From NCBI GenBank assembly GCA_040220235.1, contig JAVJTO010000082.1: 64,000 nucleotides of DNA; one strand, written 5' to 3'. A program made the position numbers and the translations under genes. Under the pieces are notes generated by a model that did not search any database, was not told the origin of the DNA, and saw only the letters and a program-made list of their open reading frames with translations. This DNA is from Coleofasciculus sp. B1-GNL1-01 (lineage in GTDB: Bacteria > Cyanobacteriota > Cyanobacteriia > Cyanobacteriales > Coleofasciculaceae). This document shows, piece by piece, positions 20,219 to 29,943 of the stretch (the stretch's first letter is position 1; each line of letters starts with the position of its first letter).

Positions 20219-21650
20219 CCTTAGGACTGTTGCCCAAAATCGATTCATTTCCAGAGTAGCTAATTCCTTTCTGGGTGAACAAATAAACTTCATCCTGCTG
20301 ATAACTTAATTGAAACTTAGGTGTATTTTGTAACCGTTCTAACAATTGATTAACCACCTCTGGACTACTTCCCCAACCCGGATGACGCCGATTCAATAGT
20401 ACATAATCAAATTCCCTTAACTCAGTTGTTTCCGCACCGACTGTTACCAACTTAACCACAGGGCGGTGGGTTAAGTGGGGAGCAACTTGGGCAGGAACTA
20501 AAACAGAACCTTTAGTTTGAATTTGAGCAATGGCTTCCCTTGTCGCTTGCCAAGTATCGATGGATTCCAAATATCTCGACCAAAAATAACCAAATTTGGC
20601 TAACGCTAAAAATGCAACCAATGACCAGATAATCATGCTTCGCGGGTGGCGTAACCATCCCTTTCCGGCGGCTAATGTAGAAATGACGGCTAATAAGAGA
20701 AAAGGCAGTGCTGGTAAAGAGTACTGATGAATTAAATCTTTTTGGGGTTGGTAGTCAGTGATTAAGTTTATTATCAAAGTAGGAACTGCACCAACTAAAG
20801 GAATTAGATGCTGGGGTGAAAGTCCCCAAATCAGAGGTGAGAACAGCAAAGCCAAATATTCTAGGTTAGGCAAGGTAAAAATTCTTCCCAATACTAACCC
20901 CGGTTTAAGAAGCAGATTTTTTGCGATTTCTAGAACCGAGTCTCCTAAGAAAGCATAGCGCCCGACTGCTTCAACACCATTGGGTCTAAAGGAGGGAATA
21001 ATCACTTGAGTGGCAATTAAAAACCAGGCAATTCCTGCCGCTAAAGCAATCCCACCACACCACCGCTTTTTCTCAAAAACTAACAACCAAAACCCCATGG
21101 CGGCTACCGTCAGAGATAAAGCATCCCGACACGCCAAAATCAAAACAATTGCCCCACAAAACCAAATCTTACGATTCAGCCGCGCCGCCAAAACTGCGCC
21201 TAAAAAAGCGGGTAAAGCGATAACTTCGGCATGGAAATCAAATAGATTGAGATTAAAAACTAATGGATACAGCAGATAGACAATTGCCATTGCTGTTGCT
21301 TGGGACTCCTTTAACCCCGCTTGACAGGCGAGATAAAAGGTGGGTAAAGCACCGACAGCTAAAGCAATGGCTTGCACCGCAAACAGCCAATGGACATCGG
21401 GATGGATTTTGTACAGTAAAGCGAGTCCATAGAGAATCCAATCCGCATGACCGCCCATAAAATGATAACCCCAGAAGGAAACAATCGGGGTTTGTCCCTG
21501 GCTAATCAGGTAAGTCGCTTGGTCAAAATAGCCCAAATCAAAAGCAGTGGATTGAAATAGGGCGTGTCGTAAGCTGCTACATATCAATAAGATTAAAGCA
21601 CTTACCGCGATCGCAGACCTAACCGTATTAAGAGACCGACTTGTTGCCAT
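20187..21650 (-). CDS. DUF2079 family membrane protein (GT-C-like)
   Basis: FDLGYFDQ, FDFH, HQYSLP motifs, many TM helices. Confidence 0.85.
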   Translation of the reverse strand: MATSRSLNTVRSAIAVSALILLICSSLRHALFQSTAFDLGYFDQATYLISQGQTPIVSFWGYHFMGGHADWILYGLALLYKIHPDVHWLFAVQAIALAVGALPTFYLACQAGLKESQATAMAIVYLLYPLVFNLNLFDFHAEVIALPAFLGAVLAARLNRKIWFCGAIVLILACRDALSLTVAAMGFWLLVFEKKRWCGGIALAAGIAWFLIATQVIIPSFRPNGVEAVGRYAFLGDSVLEIAKNLLLKPGLVLGRIFTLPNLEYLALLFSPLIWGLSPQHLIPLVGAVPTLIINLITDYQPQKDLIHQYSLPALPFLLLAVISTLAAGKGWLRHPRSMIIWSLVAFLALAKFGYFWSRYLESIDTWQATREAIAQIQTKGSVLVPAQVAPHLTHRPVVKLVTVGAETTELREFDYVLLNRRHPGWGSSPEVVNQLLERLQNTPKFQLSYQQDEVYLFTQKGISYSGNESILGNSPKVNRHQSWMVN

Positions 21651-21771
21651 ACTACTTGCAGGGAGTTAAGATTTACCTCACCACTATTCCCCTAGAAGGG
21701 CAGGTTTCGTCAAGTTATCGGACTTAGCGGTAAAACCCGCCCCGATATCTCTACTTCCCGCTTTCCCCAAC

Positions 21772-23007
21772 TCAAAATCCCCGAAATAGGATTAACCCAG
21801 TCTGAAATAAACCGATCACTACACCCAAAATCCCGCCTAAATTAACAATCGCTTGCAATTCATTTTTGACAATCACTTTAACGGCAACTTCTAAGGATTC
21901 TGGTGATGTGCCTCTGACCCGTTCTACAATGAGCTGATCAATGGATAAAATGGGAATAACCTGCGTCACCAATTTTTCTAAATCTTCTTCCAGATAACGC
22001 TCCAAAATTAATGCTAGTTCTTGACTAATTAATTCCATTGAGCTAGTCATAATCGCCGACTCTCGCAATCGGTTTAAGATTAATACCGCGACCTTTTCCC
22101 AATCAATGGATTGACTGAAACCCTGCAAAAATTCACCGCCCTGCTCTCGGATATAAGTACGTACTGCATCCCGCATGGTTTTGCGTAACTGTCGCACCGT
22201 AGACACAGGCAAATTTTGTAGGGATAGAGTTTGCAGCCATATCTGTAGCCGCTCACGGGCACCCAAAGCGGTCAGTAATTCTTTTAGACGCGCATTAGTT
22301 TCCTCTTTCTCATCTAAGCAATAAGTTCGCAAACGGGTAAGAGTATTGCGTAGTCCAAATAAATTGGCAACAATCCAATAGGTGCCGCTTGTCTTCTCGC
22401 GAAACCCTTCATCAATGATTTGGATATTGCGATCGGTTAAAAAATCAATAATCCCTTGACGCAGCACATCAGGCGGTAATGCCACTTGCAAAATCCACTG
22501 GGAAAGCTGTTGCGCTTGTTGATCATTCAGTTGAAACTCCAGCAAAATCTGGTCGAAAATTTGGTTAAGCTGGGCTTCTAAAAAATTCTCGCGACGGGCT
22601 AAAACTTTGAGTAAACGGGGCAATGATTCGCCTAATAAGTCGTGGAGGATAGCCGCAAGAATCTTAGCTGTTTTCTGTTCCTTATCCAACTGGACTTGTT
22701 CCAACGCCAGATTGAGCATCCACAGAATTGCCCCACGCACCCGTTCCCGATGCAGTAGACGCCGTGCTAGTCGTTGCATCTCCGACGGGGTTAACAAAGA
22801 ACCCATGATGGTATCGGATACCCGTTTGGCTAAGCGTTCCTGATTATCGGGAATCAAACCGGGTGTAAACGGTAACCGCCGCTTGCCAATGTAGATGGGG
22901 CGGTAGGGACGGAATAGCATTTTAATGGCTAAATCATTAGTGAAATAGCCAATAATTCCCCCCGCGATTGGAGGCAAAAATAGCAGCCACAGGTTCGATA
23001 AATTCAA
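21772..23007 (-). CDS. DUF445 family membrane protein
   Basis: [37 protein letters not shown]; probable TTG start at 23007. Confidence 0.88.
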   Translation of the reverse strand: MNLSNLWLLFLPPIAGGIIGYFTNDLAIKMLFRPYRPIYIGKRRLPFTPGLIPDNQERLAKRVSDTIMGSLLTPSEMQRLARRLLHRERVRGAILWMLNLALEQVQLDKEQKTAKILAAILHDLLGESLPRLLKVLARRENFLEAQLNQIFDQILLEFQLNDQQAQQLSQWILQVALPPDVLRQGIIDFLTDRNIQIIDEGFREKTSGTYWIVANLFGLRNTLTRLRTYCLDEKEETNARLKELLTALGARERLQIWLQTLSLQNLPVSTVRQLRKTMRDAVRTYIREQGGEFLQGFSQSIDWEKVAVLILNRLRESAIMTSSMELISQELALILERYLEEDLEKLVTQVIPILSIDQLIVERVRGTSPESLEVAVKVIVKNELQAIVNLGGILGVVIGLFQTGLILFRGF

Positions 23008-23208
23008 AACAGCAATCGGCGTAATACAGAATGGACAAGCAAGGATTGGTGGAAAGGGTTGACTTTGGCGTTTTATCATCTCCAATCCCTGATCCCCATT
23101 TTAGGCTCTACGGTTCAAGGGGCGGGTAAAAAAGCTAAACGACACCCCCACACCCGACACCCCACACCCTGCCAATTCCTCAAGTTGTTTACCCATCCCA
23201 TCAAGATG

Positions 23209-23916
23209 CTATGGTTTCCTGATGACCAAAACGCCCATCATTCCCCCAGCGATGGGATAGTGAGTGGCTTGGCTAAATCCCGCATGGTGGGCAAGTTCAA
23301 CCTGCTGTTTTCCGTTGGGGAATCGCTCTAAGCTGGGAGTGATGTAGGCATATTCTTGTTCTAAGCCCAAGGATTTGGCACGGGGTACGACAATTGTGTC
23401 GAGATACCATTGCTGAAACTGACGTAGGGCTGGGTGTTGAGGACGATGAAAGTCTAGGATAGCCGCCTTTGCTCCCGGTTTGAGGACTCGGTACAGTTCT
23501 CGCAAACAACCGGGAATATCGGTAACATTCCGCAAACCATACCCCATGGTGGCACCGTGGAAAAAATTATCCTGGAAGGGTAAATCGAGAGCATCGGCTT
23601 CAATCCAGTGAAGGGTTAAGGGGGGATAATGATAAGTTGCCCTGGCTTTCGCGATCGCGAGTAGCCGAGGCGAAAAATCAACCCCATACACCTGACCCGT
23701 TGCGCCCACTTCTCGTGCTAGCAGTTCGGCTAAATCACCACTCCCACAGCATACATCTAAACCAACCTCACCTGGCTCTAGATCGCACCACTTCACCGCC
23801 ATCTTTTTCCAGATCCGGTGTTGACCTAAACTTAACCACTGGTTGAGTTGGTCGTAAACTGGGGCGATGCGATCGAATAAATGGCGGATTTCTGATGGGG
23901 AATGGTCATTTGTCAT
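23209..23916 (-). CDS. menG: Demethylmenaquinone/demethylphylloquinol methyltransferase (UbiE/MenG)
   Basis: FDRIAPVYDQLN, LDVCCGSGD SAM motif, GYGLRNV, RVLKPG. Confidence 0.9.
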   Translation of the reverse strand: MTNDHSPSEIRHLFDRIAPVYDQLNQWLSLGQHRIWKKMAVKWCDLEPGEVGLDVCCGSGDLAELLAREVGATGQVYGVDFSPRLLAIAKARATYHYPPLTLHWIEADALDLPFQDNFFHGATMGYGLRNVTDIPGCLRELYRVLKPGAKAAILDFHRPQHPALRQFQQWYLDTIVVPRAKSLGLEQEYAYITPSLERFPNGKQQVELAHHAGFSQATHYPIAGGMMGVLVIRKP

Positions 23917-23962
23917 TTGTCATTGGTTCGGGAATAGGGAATGGGGGAAGCTGGGGGAGATG

Positions 23963-24079
23963 AGGGCGGGTTTTGAATAAACTTTATCATCAACCGCGCC
24001 ACAGAAATCCCTAAACCCGCCCCTACAGATTTAACACTCACAGAAATCCCTAAACCCGCCCCTACAGATTTAACACTCA
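23963..24079. repeat. REP-like hairpin with an exact 39-bp tandem duplication
   Basis: CACAGAAATCCCTAAACCCGCCCCTACAGATTTAACACT at 24000-24038 and 24039-24077; AGGGCGGGTTT at ~23963 pairs with AAACCCGCCC. Confidence 0.85.
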
Positions 24080-25018
24080 ACGACTGGTTGCGATCGCTAA
24101 ACCAACCTGCTGGGCGGATAGGTGAATCAGTTTTAGCTCATCTTCACTCAGTTTACGCGCCTGTTGTTGCCATTGGAGGGAGAGTAGAGCGAGGAGTTCG
24201 CTGCGGTGGACAATTGGAATCAGCAGGTGGGCTTTAATGCCAATTTTCTGGTAATACTCTGTGGCTTCTTTGGGAGTTGCACCCGGGGCATTAATCCAAA
24301 CTTGTAATTGGCGATTAGCGATCGCCTCTGGCAAGAGGGGATCGGATTCTAGGGGGTTGACAAGGGATTCATCTTGGCTGTGTGTACCTTTTACATCTAT
24401 CAAATGATCCTCTTCTACGAGTTGCAGGATACAGGTATCTGTGCCAAAGCTGTCGCTAAATACTTGGGCAATTTTAGGCAAGCTAGTTTCTAGGCTGTCT
24501 GAATCTTGCGCCACTTGCACCAGGGTTTCCATGAGTGCCATTTGAGCATGGGCTCGCTGCAATTCCTCGGTGCGTTGCTTCAGGAGTTCGTAGGTTTGAA
24601 CTGCCCGTTCTACAACGGTTTTGAGTTCATTCGGGTCCCAGGGCTTGGTTATGTAGCGATAGACTTGTCCGGCATTAATGGCTTCTACTAAGTCTTCCAC
24701 ATCCGTAAACCCGGTTAAGATAATCCGCATGGTATCCGGAAACTGGGGGACAGTTTTGCTCAAAAACTCCGTTCCCTTCATTTCTGGCATCCGCTGATCA
24801 GAAATAATTACGGCGACTTCTCCCTCATTAGCAAGAACAGAGAGGGCTTGAGCGCCACTTTCAGCCCTGAATACGTTAAAGTGACGCCGGAAGGTGCGGT
24901 AGAGGAGATCCAAGTTATCGGGTTCATCATCTACCACAAGCATTTTCGGTTTTTGCGATCGCTCCAAACTCATGAACTGACGAGTGATATTATCAAAATT
25001 AGGGTTCACCTTGTCCAT
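24077..25018 (-). CDS. Response regulator with C-terminal GAF domain
   Basis: LVVDDEPDN, ISDQRMP, ITKPWD, GAF-like C-terminus. Confidence 0.9.
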   Translation of the reverse strand: MDKVNPNFDNITRQFMSLERSQKPKMLVVDDEPDNLDLLYRTFRRHFNVFRAESGAQALSVLANEGEVAVIISDQRMPEMKGTEFLSKTVPQFPDTMRIILTGFTDVEDLVEAINAGQVYRYITKPWDPNELKTVVERAVQTYELLKQRTEELQRAHAQMALMETLVQVAQDSDSLETSLPKIAQVFSDSFGTDTCILQLVEEDHLIDVKGTHSQDESLVNPLESDPLLPEAIANRQLQVWINAPGATPKEATEYYQKIGIKAHLLIPIVHRSELLALLSLQWQQQARKLSEDELKLIHLSAQQVGLAIATSR

Positions 25019-25236
25019 AACACTACAACAAACTCCCAGCGAGTCAGTTTGAACCGGCGAGCCACAAGGGGAAGGCTATTCTGGTCTTTCCTGTTGCCCA
25101 ATAGATGTCAACTGTCTTAACCTTAAGCTTTTTATCTAACCCTAGCGAGCTTTTGCTTAAATCAATTACTATTTAATCACGAGAAATTTGAGACATCTGA
25201 TAACTCAAAAAAATACGGCAAGCTTTTCTTCCCATT

Positions 25237-26331
25237 ATGACTGAAATATCATCTGGAAATCCTCACCATAATCTTCAAGCTAACTCAGAGACAGTAGATG
25301 CTGATGCACTAATTCAGTTGCTCAGGCGCAAAGAAAGTAACTGGGTGGAGTGGGGACAAGCCTGTCAACAACTCCAAAGTGCTGGCTATAGTTCCCAAGC
25401 CGTTTTTGAACAAACAGGGTTTGAGCCAATTCAACAGAATCAAGTCATTGTAGCATCTCAGGTCTATGAAACGTTAGTTAAAGCGGGAGTATCAGAGGCG
25501 GTGCGATCGCGCTTTGATCGGACGGGGAGTGATATCCTCTATGAGTTGCGGATTCTCACCCAACCGGAACGAGCCGCCGCCGCTGAGTTTATTGTTGCCA
25601 GAAATCTGGATGCAGATGGTGCCCGTGAGGTGGCAAAAGCGATGAAAGAGTTGTCGCGTCGCCGTAGCCTACCGGAAGGATTTTCGGATCACCCAGGTGA
25701 TGCCGTAGCTTACCAATACTGGAAACTTGCCCAACAACAGCAGAATTTACAAGAGCGATCGCGCTTAGTCGCACGAGGGTTAATGTTTGCTCATAGCCAA
25801 TCGTCGCGAGAAGAAATTGAGCAGTTACTCACAGAACCTTTTGGAGGGAACCGCCGTCGGGCACCCCGTTTGCCTCTCTATCGCGTGGAAGCGAGTGAAC
25901 AATTACCGCGACTGATCCCAGTGGTGGGTCAATTTCCAGTAACCACCGCCGAGTTCCAGCAAGTCGGGGCGGTGAAGACAAAGGGGGCGTTTCAGATTGT
26001 GGATTCTGCCCATCAGCAACAGATTGTCGCCATCCCCGGTTGGCAAATCGTCGCCAAGGCACAAGAGCCTGTGGCAATTTTGGGTAATATCACTCAGCTT
26101 CCTAAGCAAGAGAATCAAAATTCAGAAGCCGTGTTGCTAATTATTGAGCGCAAAACACCAAAGTGGGATGCTGATAATTATTATATGGTTGATCAATCGG
26201 GGACGTTAGCGATCCAGTGGTTTTCGGAACAGCCGGATATACCGTTACTGGGACAGCTAATTCTGGTGTTGCGTCCGAAGAAAATTCTCGATGAACCATT
26301 GAGTCGGGATCTATGGCAAATTGACGAATAA
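25237..26331 (+). CDS. raf1: RuBisCO accumulation factor 1
   Basis: LRRKESNWVEWG, FEQTGFEPIQQNQVIV, LYELRIL, HPGDAVAYQ, VLRPKKILDE...WQIDE. Confidence 0.92.
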   Translation: MTEISSGNPHHNLQANSETVDADALIQLLRRKESNWVEWGQACQQLQSAGYSSQAVFEQTGFEPIQQNQVIVASQVYETLVKAGVSEAVRSRFDRTGSDILYELRILTQPERAAAAEFIVARNLDADGAREVAKAMKELSRRRSLPEGFSDHPGDAVAYQYWKLAQQQQNLQERSRLVARGLMFAHSQSSREEIEQLLTEPFGGNRRRAPRLPLYRVEASEQLPRLIPVVGQFPVTTAEFQQVGAVKTKGAFQIVDSAHQQQIVAIPGWQIVAKAQEPVAILGNITQLPKQENQNSEAVLLIIERKTPKWDADNYYMVDQSGTLAIQWFSEQPDIPLLGQLILVLRPKKILDEPLSRDLWQIDE

Positions 26332-26519
26332 GTCATTTGTCATTCGTCATTGGTCATTTGTCATTGGTCATTTGTCATTGGTCATTTGTCAGGGAACAGG
26401 GAACAGGGAACAGGGAACAGGTAAGGTAGAGTTTTGAGTTAACTTCCTCATCTCCCCCATCTCCCCCAGCTTCCTCTACTTCCCCCGCTTCCCCCGCTCC
26501 CTCTGCTTCCCCAGCTCCC

Positions 26520-26545
26520 AGACGTGCCATGGCACGTCTCTACAT
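26520..26545. repeat. GTAG-type REP palindrome
   Basis: AGACGTGCCATGGCACGTCTCTACA; same sequence at ~57806-57830, related ones at ~49251, ~37942, ~41817, ~45753. Confidence 0.75.
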
Positions 26546-26672
26546 TGCTCCCCCATCTTCCCCTAAAAGTGATCGGTATCACTAAGCCGTCGGAGGGTTA
26601 TCACTTTCTGTTTGTAAAATTTGAGGAAAATTAACATAACTTGACTTGAGTGATGTTATGCGGTAGCTGTCT

Positions 26673-27488
26673 ATGCAATCTCCTATTCTTCTCCCGGGCG
26701 CTCTCTCGGAACTCTTTGCCCAAGCCACCAGTTCTGGTTACATGACGAAAGCTGACCGCTATGGACTGATGGCAGCAATTTTAGGCGAAGATCTCAGTAC
26801 AGACGAGAAATGCGTTATCGATCGCCTACTGCGGGCGGTACGGCGAGGACGGCTGCATTTAGCTGATGAACTGTCTGCTGTGCTGACGGATTCCCATCTG
26901 TCTTTCTCGGCGATGGTTTTAGCGGGCGGACAAAGTTCTCGCATGGGTCAGGACAAAGCCTTGATTCCTATTCAAGGTATGCCGTTACTGAGACAGGTTT
27001 GTACCATTGCCCTTAAATGTACTCGTGAAGTTTTTGTAGTCACGCCTTGGCCCGAACGATATCGAGAAATTCTACCGAAACATTGCCATCTCATCCAAGA
27101 AATGCTCCTTTTGGGAGAGGCTCAATCTCACGGTCCTTTGGTCGCTTTTGCCCAAGGATTAACTCAAGTGAAACGGGATTGGGTGCTTTTACTTGCCTGT
27201 GACTTACCCCAACTTCAAGGTGAGGTTTTGCAAAATTGGGGGAGTCAGTTGACAAATACTCCCAAAGAGGTAATGGCTGTACTCCCCCGAAGTCCCAAAG
27301 GATGGGAACCCCTGTGTGGTTTTTACCGACGCCAATGCTTACCCCAATTAATCGATTATATTAATCAGGGAGGGCGATCCTTTCAAAAATGGCTGGCACA
27401 GCATCCTGTCCAGGAACTTCCAGTTCGCGATCGCCAGATTTTATTTAACTGTAATACCCCAGAAGATTTAAAAGTTATCAAGAGTTGA
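26673..27488 (+). CDS. mobA: Molybdenum cofactor guanylyltransferase with an extra ~70-aa N-terminal domain
   Basis: VLAGGQSSRMGQDKAL, GPL, LLACDLP, EPLCGFY, FNCNTPEDL. Confidence 0.9.
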   Translation: MQSPILLPGALSELFAQATSSGYMTKADRYGLMAAILGEDLSTDEKCVIDRLLRAVRRGRLHLADELSAVLTDSHLSFSAMVLAGGQSSRMGQDKALIPIQGMPLLRQVCTIALKCTREVFVVTPWPERYREILPKHCHLIQEMLLLGEAQSHGPLVAFAQGLTQVKRDWVLLLACDLPQLQGEVLQNWGSQLTNTPKEVMAVLPRSPKGWEPLCGFYRRQCLPQLIDYINQGGRSFQKWLAQHPVQELPVRDRQILFNCNTPEDLKVIKS

Positions 27489-27572
27489 CAAGCTACTTAG
27501 GATCTTAGGTATTGTTTCCATTAGGCATTAGGTATGATCAAGTATTTCCATGTCCGCTGCACTAAAGACAGG

Positions 27573-29816
27573 TTAAACAAACATGGGGATAGGATTAAGC
27601 TGTTCCTCGGTTAGGGGGGCTTTTAACCATCCCAACTTGACAGGAACATCATAAAGTCTTCCGGGCGCAAACTGTGCCCAAAAGTGACGCAAACCGGGAA
27701 CGATGACTTTAACCACACTCATGCCTATATCGGGACGGGTTTGGTTGAGAACCAGGGTTTCTAAACCCTGTTTGGCAACAAGGTCTACACAGCGTTTTAC
27801 ATCCTCAAGACAGTCATCGCTCCAGTGCTGAGTGTAATCGCGATACACTTTGGGTGTAACATTGGCGTCTGGTACTAGGTAAGGCTGGTTCTCTAAGGTT
27901 GCGGTTTCACACCACGTTTGCATATCTGGCCGAGAAAACGTCGCTTTGCCCTCCCGATTAGGGGCGCTTGCCAGAAACACCATCTGGTTCATTTCTGTTA
28001 CCGCCCGGAGGAGGGCAATTTTGACGTCAAAATGGCAGCCAAAACCGAAGCGGATGTCTTCTGGTTGTTGATTGGTACGCCTAGAAATGGCGGCAAAGGT
28101 GGGAATACCTAGGTCACTGGTAATGTCCAATACCCAGAAATCCCGGTGTAACTTGTGGTAATAGGCTTGCAACTGTGGCAAATAGGGTTGGTCAAAACTC
28201 TCTAGCTGTACCCCAGGTCTTGAGAGGCGATTGTACCACCACAACGCCACCGCATCACGCTCTACGAGTTCCATGAATCCCTGGAGAATGGCTTCTTCTA
28301 GGGTATTGCCAGAAGCATTGCCGTTGGTATCGGACCAGCAAAAACAATAATTGTCGGGGAGAGGATAACTAAAGTAACAGTAAGCGGTGGGTAGATATTT
28401 GAATCTCTGATGAGTCAAAGACCAAACCGGAGTCCAGTCGATTTCACGGGTTTCATCGAAAGGTTCGGGAATCCATTGAATTAGTTGGTGCTGTGGGTTC
28501 CACTCCTGTCGGATGCTGTATTGGAGTTGACTGTAATGGAGATAAGCAGAGGGATGGATGGTGGACTCTCTCATTTGGAAATAGGTTCCCCTGACTCGCA
28601 TTTCATCCCCACTGTAGGTGCCAGAATACCGTTCAATGGCTTCTCCTAAGCAACTGGCTTTGGCTTGCAGGTTGGTTTTCCCTTTTCCGATACTGTTACG
28701 GCGTACCACCTGACGCCAATCTTGCCAGTCGCCGTCTTCTCTGGGCCAGCCGTGTTCGGCTAGATAAAGGTGAATCAAGCCATTTTCACCCGGAAGTGGA
28801 TTAAATAGCCGTTTAATTACCCCAGTAATGGGACTAATGTTATGTTCGTATCGTTTTAATGTTTGCTCAGGGGAACAAGTCCGATGTCCGCCATCGACGG
28901 TGAATTGTTTCTTTTGGCTGGTGAGGACTAGGGGTTGCAGTTGTTGCTGGGTGATCAGTTTGGGTTCACCACAACTAGGACATTGGGGGCGTTGCACGAA
29001 GGCATGATGTTGCAGGTTTAAATTTACCAAGTCGAAGGTGATGATTTTGCTTAAAAGTTGGCGGTTGTTCCCGGTTATCCATTTGGCGATTTCTGTGGCG
29101 GCAATATTCAACCCTGTCTGCAAGGTAGAGGGGAGGATAGAACGGGAAATGGGAAATGGTGTGGTAATTCCTTTCTTGTCTTGCAGGAATGACTCGAGTT
29201 CCCGGTTAATTCTAAGACGCTGTGCCAGACATTGCCAACACCCTGTTTTGCCGGGATGAAAAATTGGACCAATCCAAAGGCTAGCGCCTACGGGTTTGAT
29301 TAATAACCAAGGTTTTTGCGTTTGTAGGGCGTTTTGATTAAACGAATCTAACCCAATTTGCAGATAATCATCTGTGAGAACGATTGACAAATCTCCTTTG
29401 TCCCCAACCTGGATATTCAGGGATTTGAGTGACCAGATTAAGGGTTCAGTGGGGACATTACCCAAGGCGGTAACGGTAACCTGAGTGTTTTGCAATCGGC
29501 GTACAGCGACTTGGGTATCTGTGTTGATTAAATGCCAAAATGCTGCTGCTTCAGGGGGTAAGGTGTCGTCGGCTTCGGTAATATAGCCTTTGTTCTCTAA
29601 AAGGGTTAGGGCGTAGGTAATTTCAGTTGCCGAGGCTTGTCCTTTGAGTTGCTCAATGATTGACTCGATAGGATGATTACCATTAAGAAGAGGTGCCAGT
29701 AGCACATAAAGGCGTCCGCTCAACGTAAAATGTTTGTTTTCACTCAGCAGGAACAGATGCTTAGGTGGCGCAATTTCCACATGGAAATGCTCCTTGAATT
29801 TTGGCTTGTGCAGCAT
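27573..29816 (-). CDS. Fused TOMM/cyanobactin-type cyclodehydratase (RRE + E1-like C domain + YcaO D domain; PatD/TruD/LynD-like)
   Basis: VLTDDYLQ, PWLLIKPVG, GCWQCL, RPQCPSCG, ISPITG, GEAIERYSG, TNGNASGNTLEEAILQGFMELVERDA, RAVTEMNQ, VIVPGLRHFW, C-terminal PIPMFV; ATG at 29816. Confidence 0.93.
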   Translation of the reverse strand: MLHKPKFKEHFHVEIAPPKHLFLLSENKHFTLSGRLYVLLAPLLNGNHPIESIIEQLKGQASATEITYALTLLENKGYITEADDTLPPEAAAFWHLINTDTQVAVRRLQNTQVTVTALGNVPTEPLIWSLKSLNIQVGDKGDLSIVLTDDYLQIGLDSFNQNALQTQKPWLLIKPVGASLWIGPIFHPGKTGCWQCLAQRLRINRELESFLQDKKGITTPFPISRSILPSTLQTGLNIAATEIAKWITGNNRQLLSKIITFDLVNLNLQHHAFVQRPQCPSCGEPKLITQQQLQPLVLTSQKKQFTVDGGHRTCSPEQTLKRYEHNISPITGVIKRLFNPLPGENGLIHLYLAEHGWPREDGDWQDWRQVVRRNSIGKGKTNLQAKASCLGEAIERYSGTYSGDEMRVRGTYFQMRESTIHPSAYLHYSQLQYSIRQEWNPQHQLIQWIPEPFDETREIDWTPVWSLTHQRFKYLPTAYCYFSYPLPDNYCFCWSDTNGNASGNTLEEAILQGFMELVERDAVALWWYNRLSRPGVQLESFDQPYLPQLQAYYHKLHRDFWVLDITSDLGIPTFAAISRRTNQQPEDIRFGFGCHFDVKIALLRAVTEMNQMVFLASAPNREGKATFSRPDMQTWCETATLENQPYLVPDANVTPKVYRDYTQHWSDDCLEDVKRCVDLVAKQGLETLVLNQTRPDIGMSVVKVIVPGLRHFWAQFAPGRLYDVPVKLGWLKAPLTEEQLNPIPMFV

Positions 29817-29943
29817 TATTTTTTCGGCTTGCAGACAATAGTTGTCAAGATGAAAAATGCACCCTGATTGGTGCCAGCACGCTCCGGAGCCAGTTTTGTG
29901 AATAGTCCTCAAACCTTGACCAATGACCAATGACCAATAACAA

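Noticed and set aside
29817..29930. 38-aa N-terminal extension of the cyclodehydratase in the ORF track
   Set aside because: Begins in an STRR repeat; family similarity starts at MLHKPKFK (29816)
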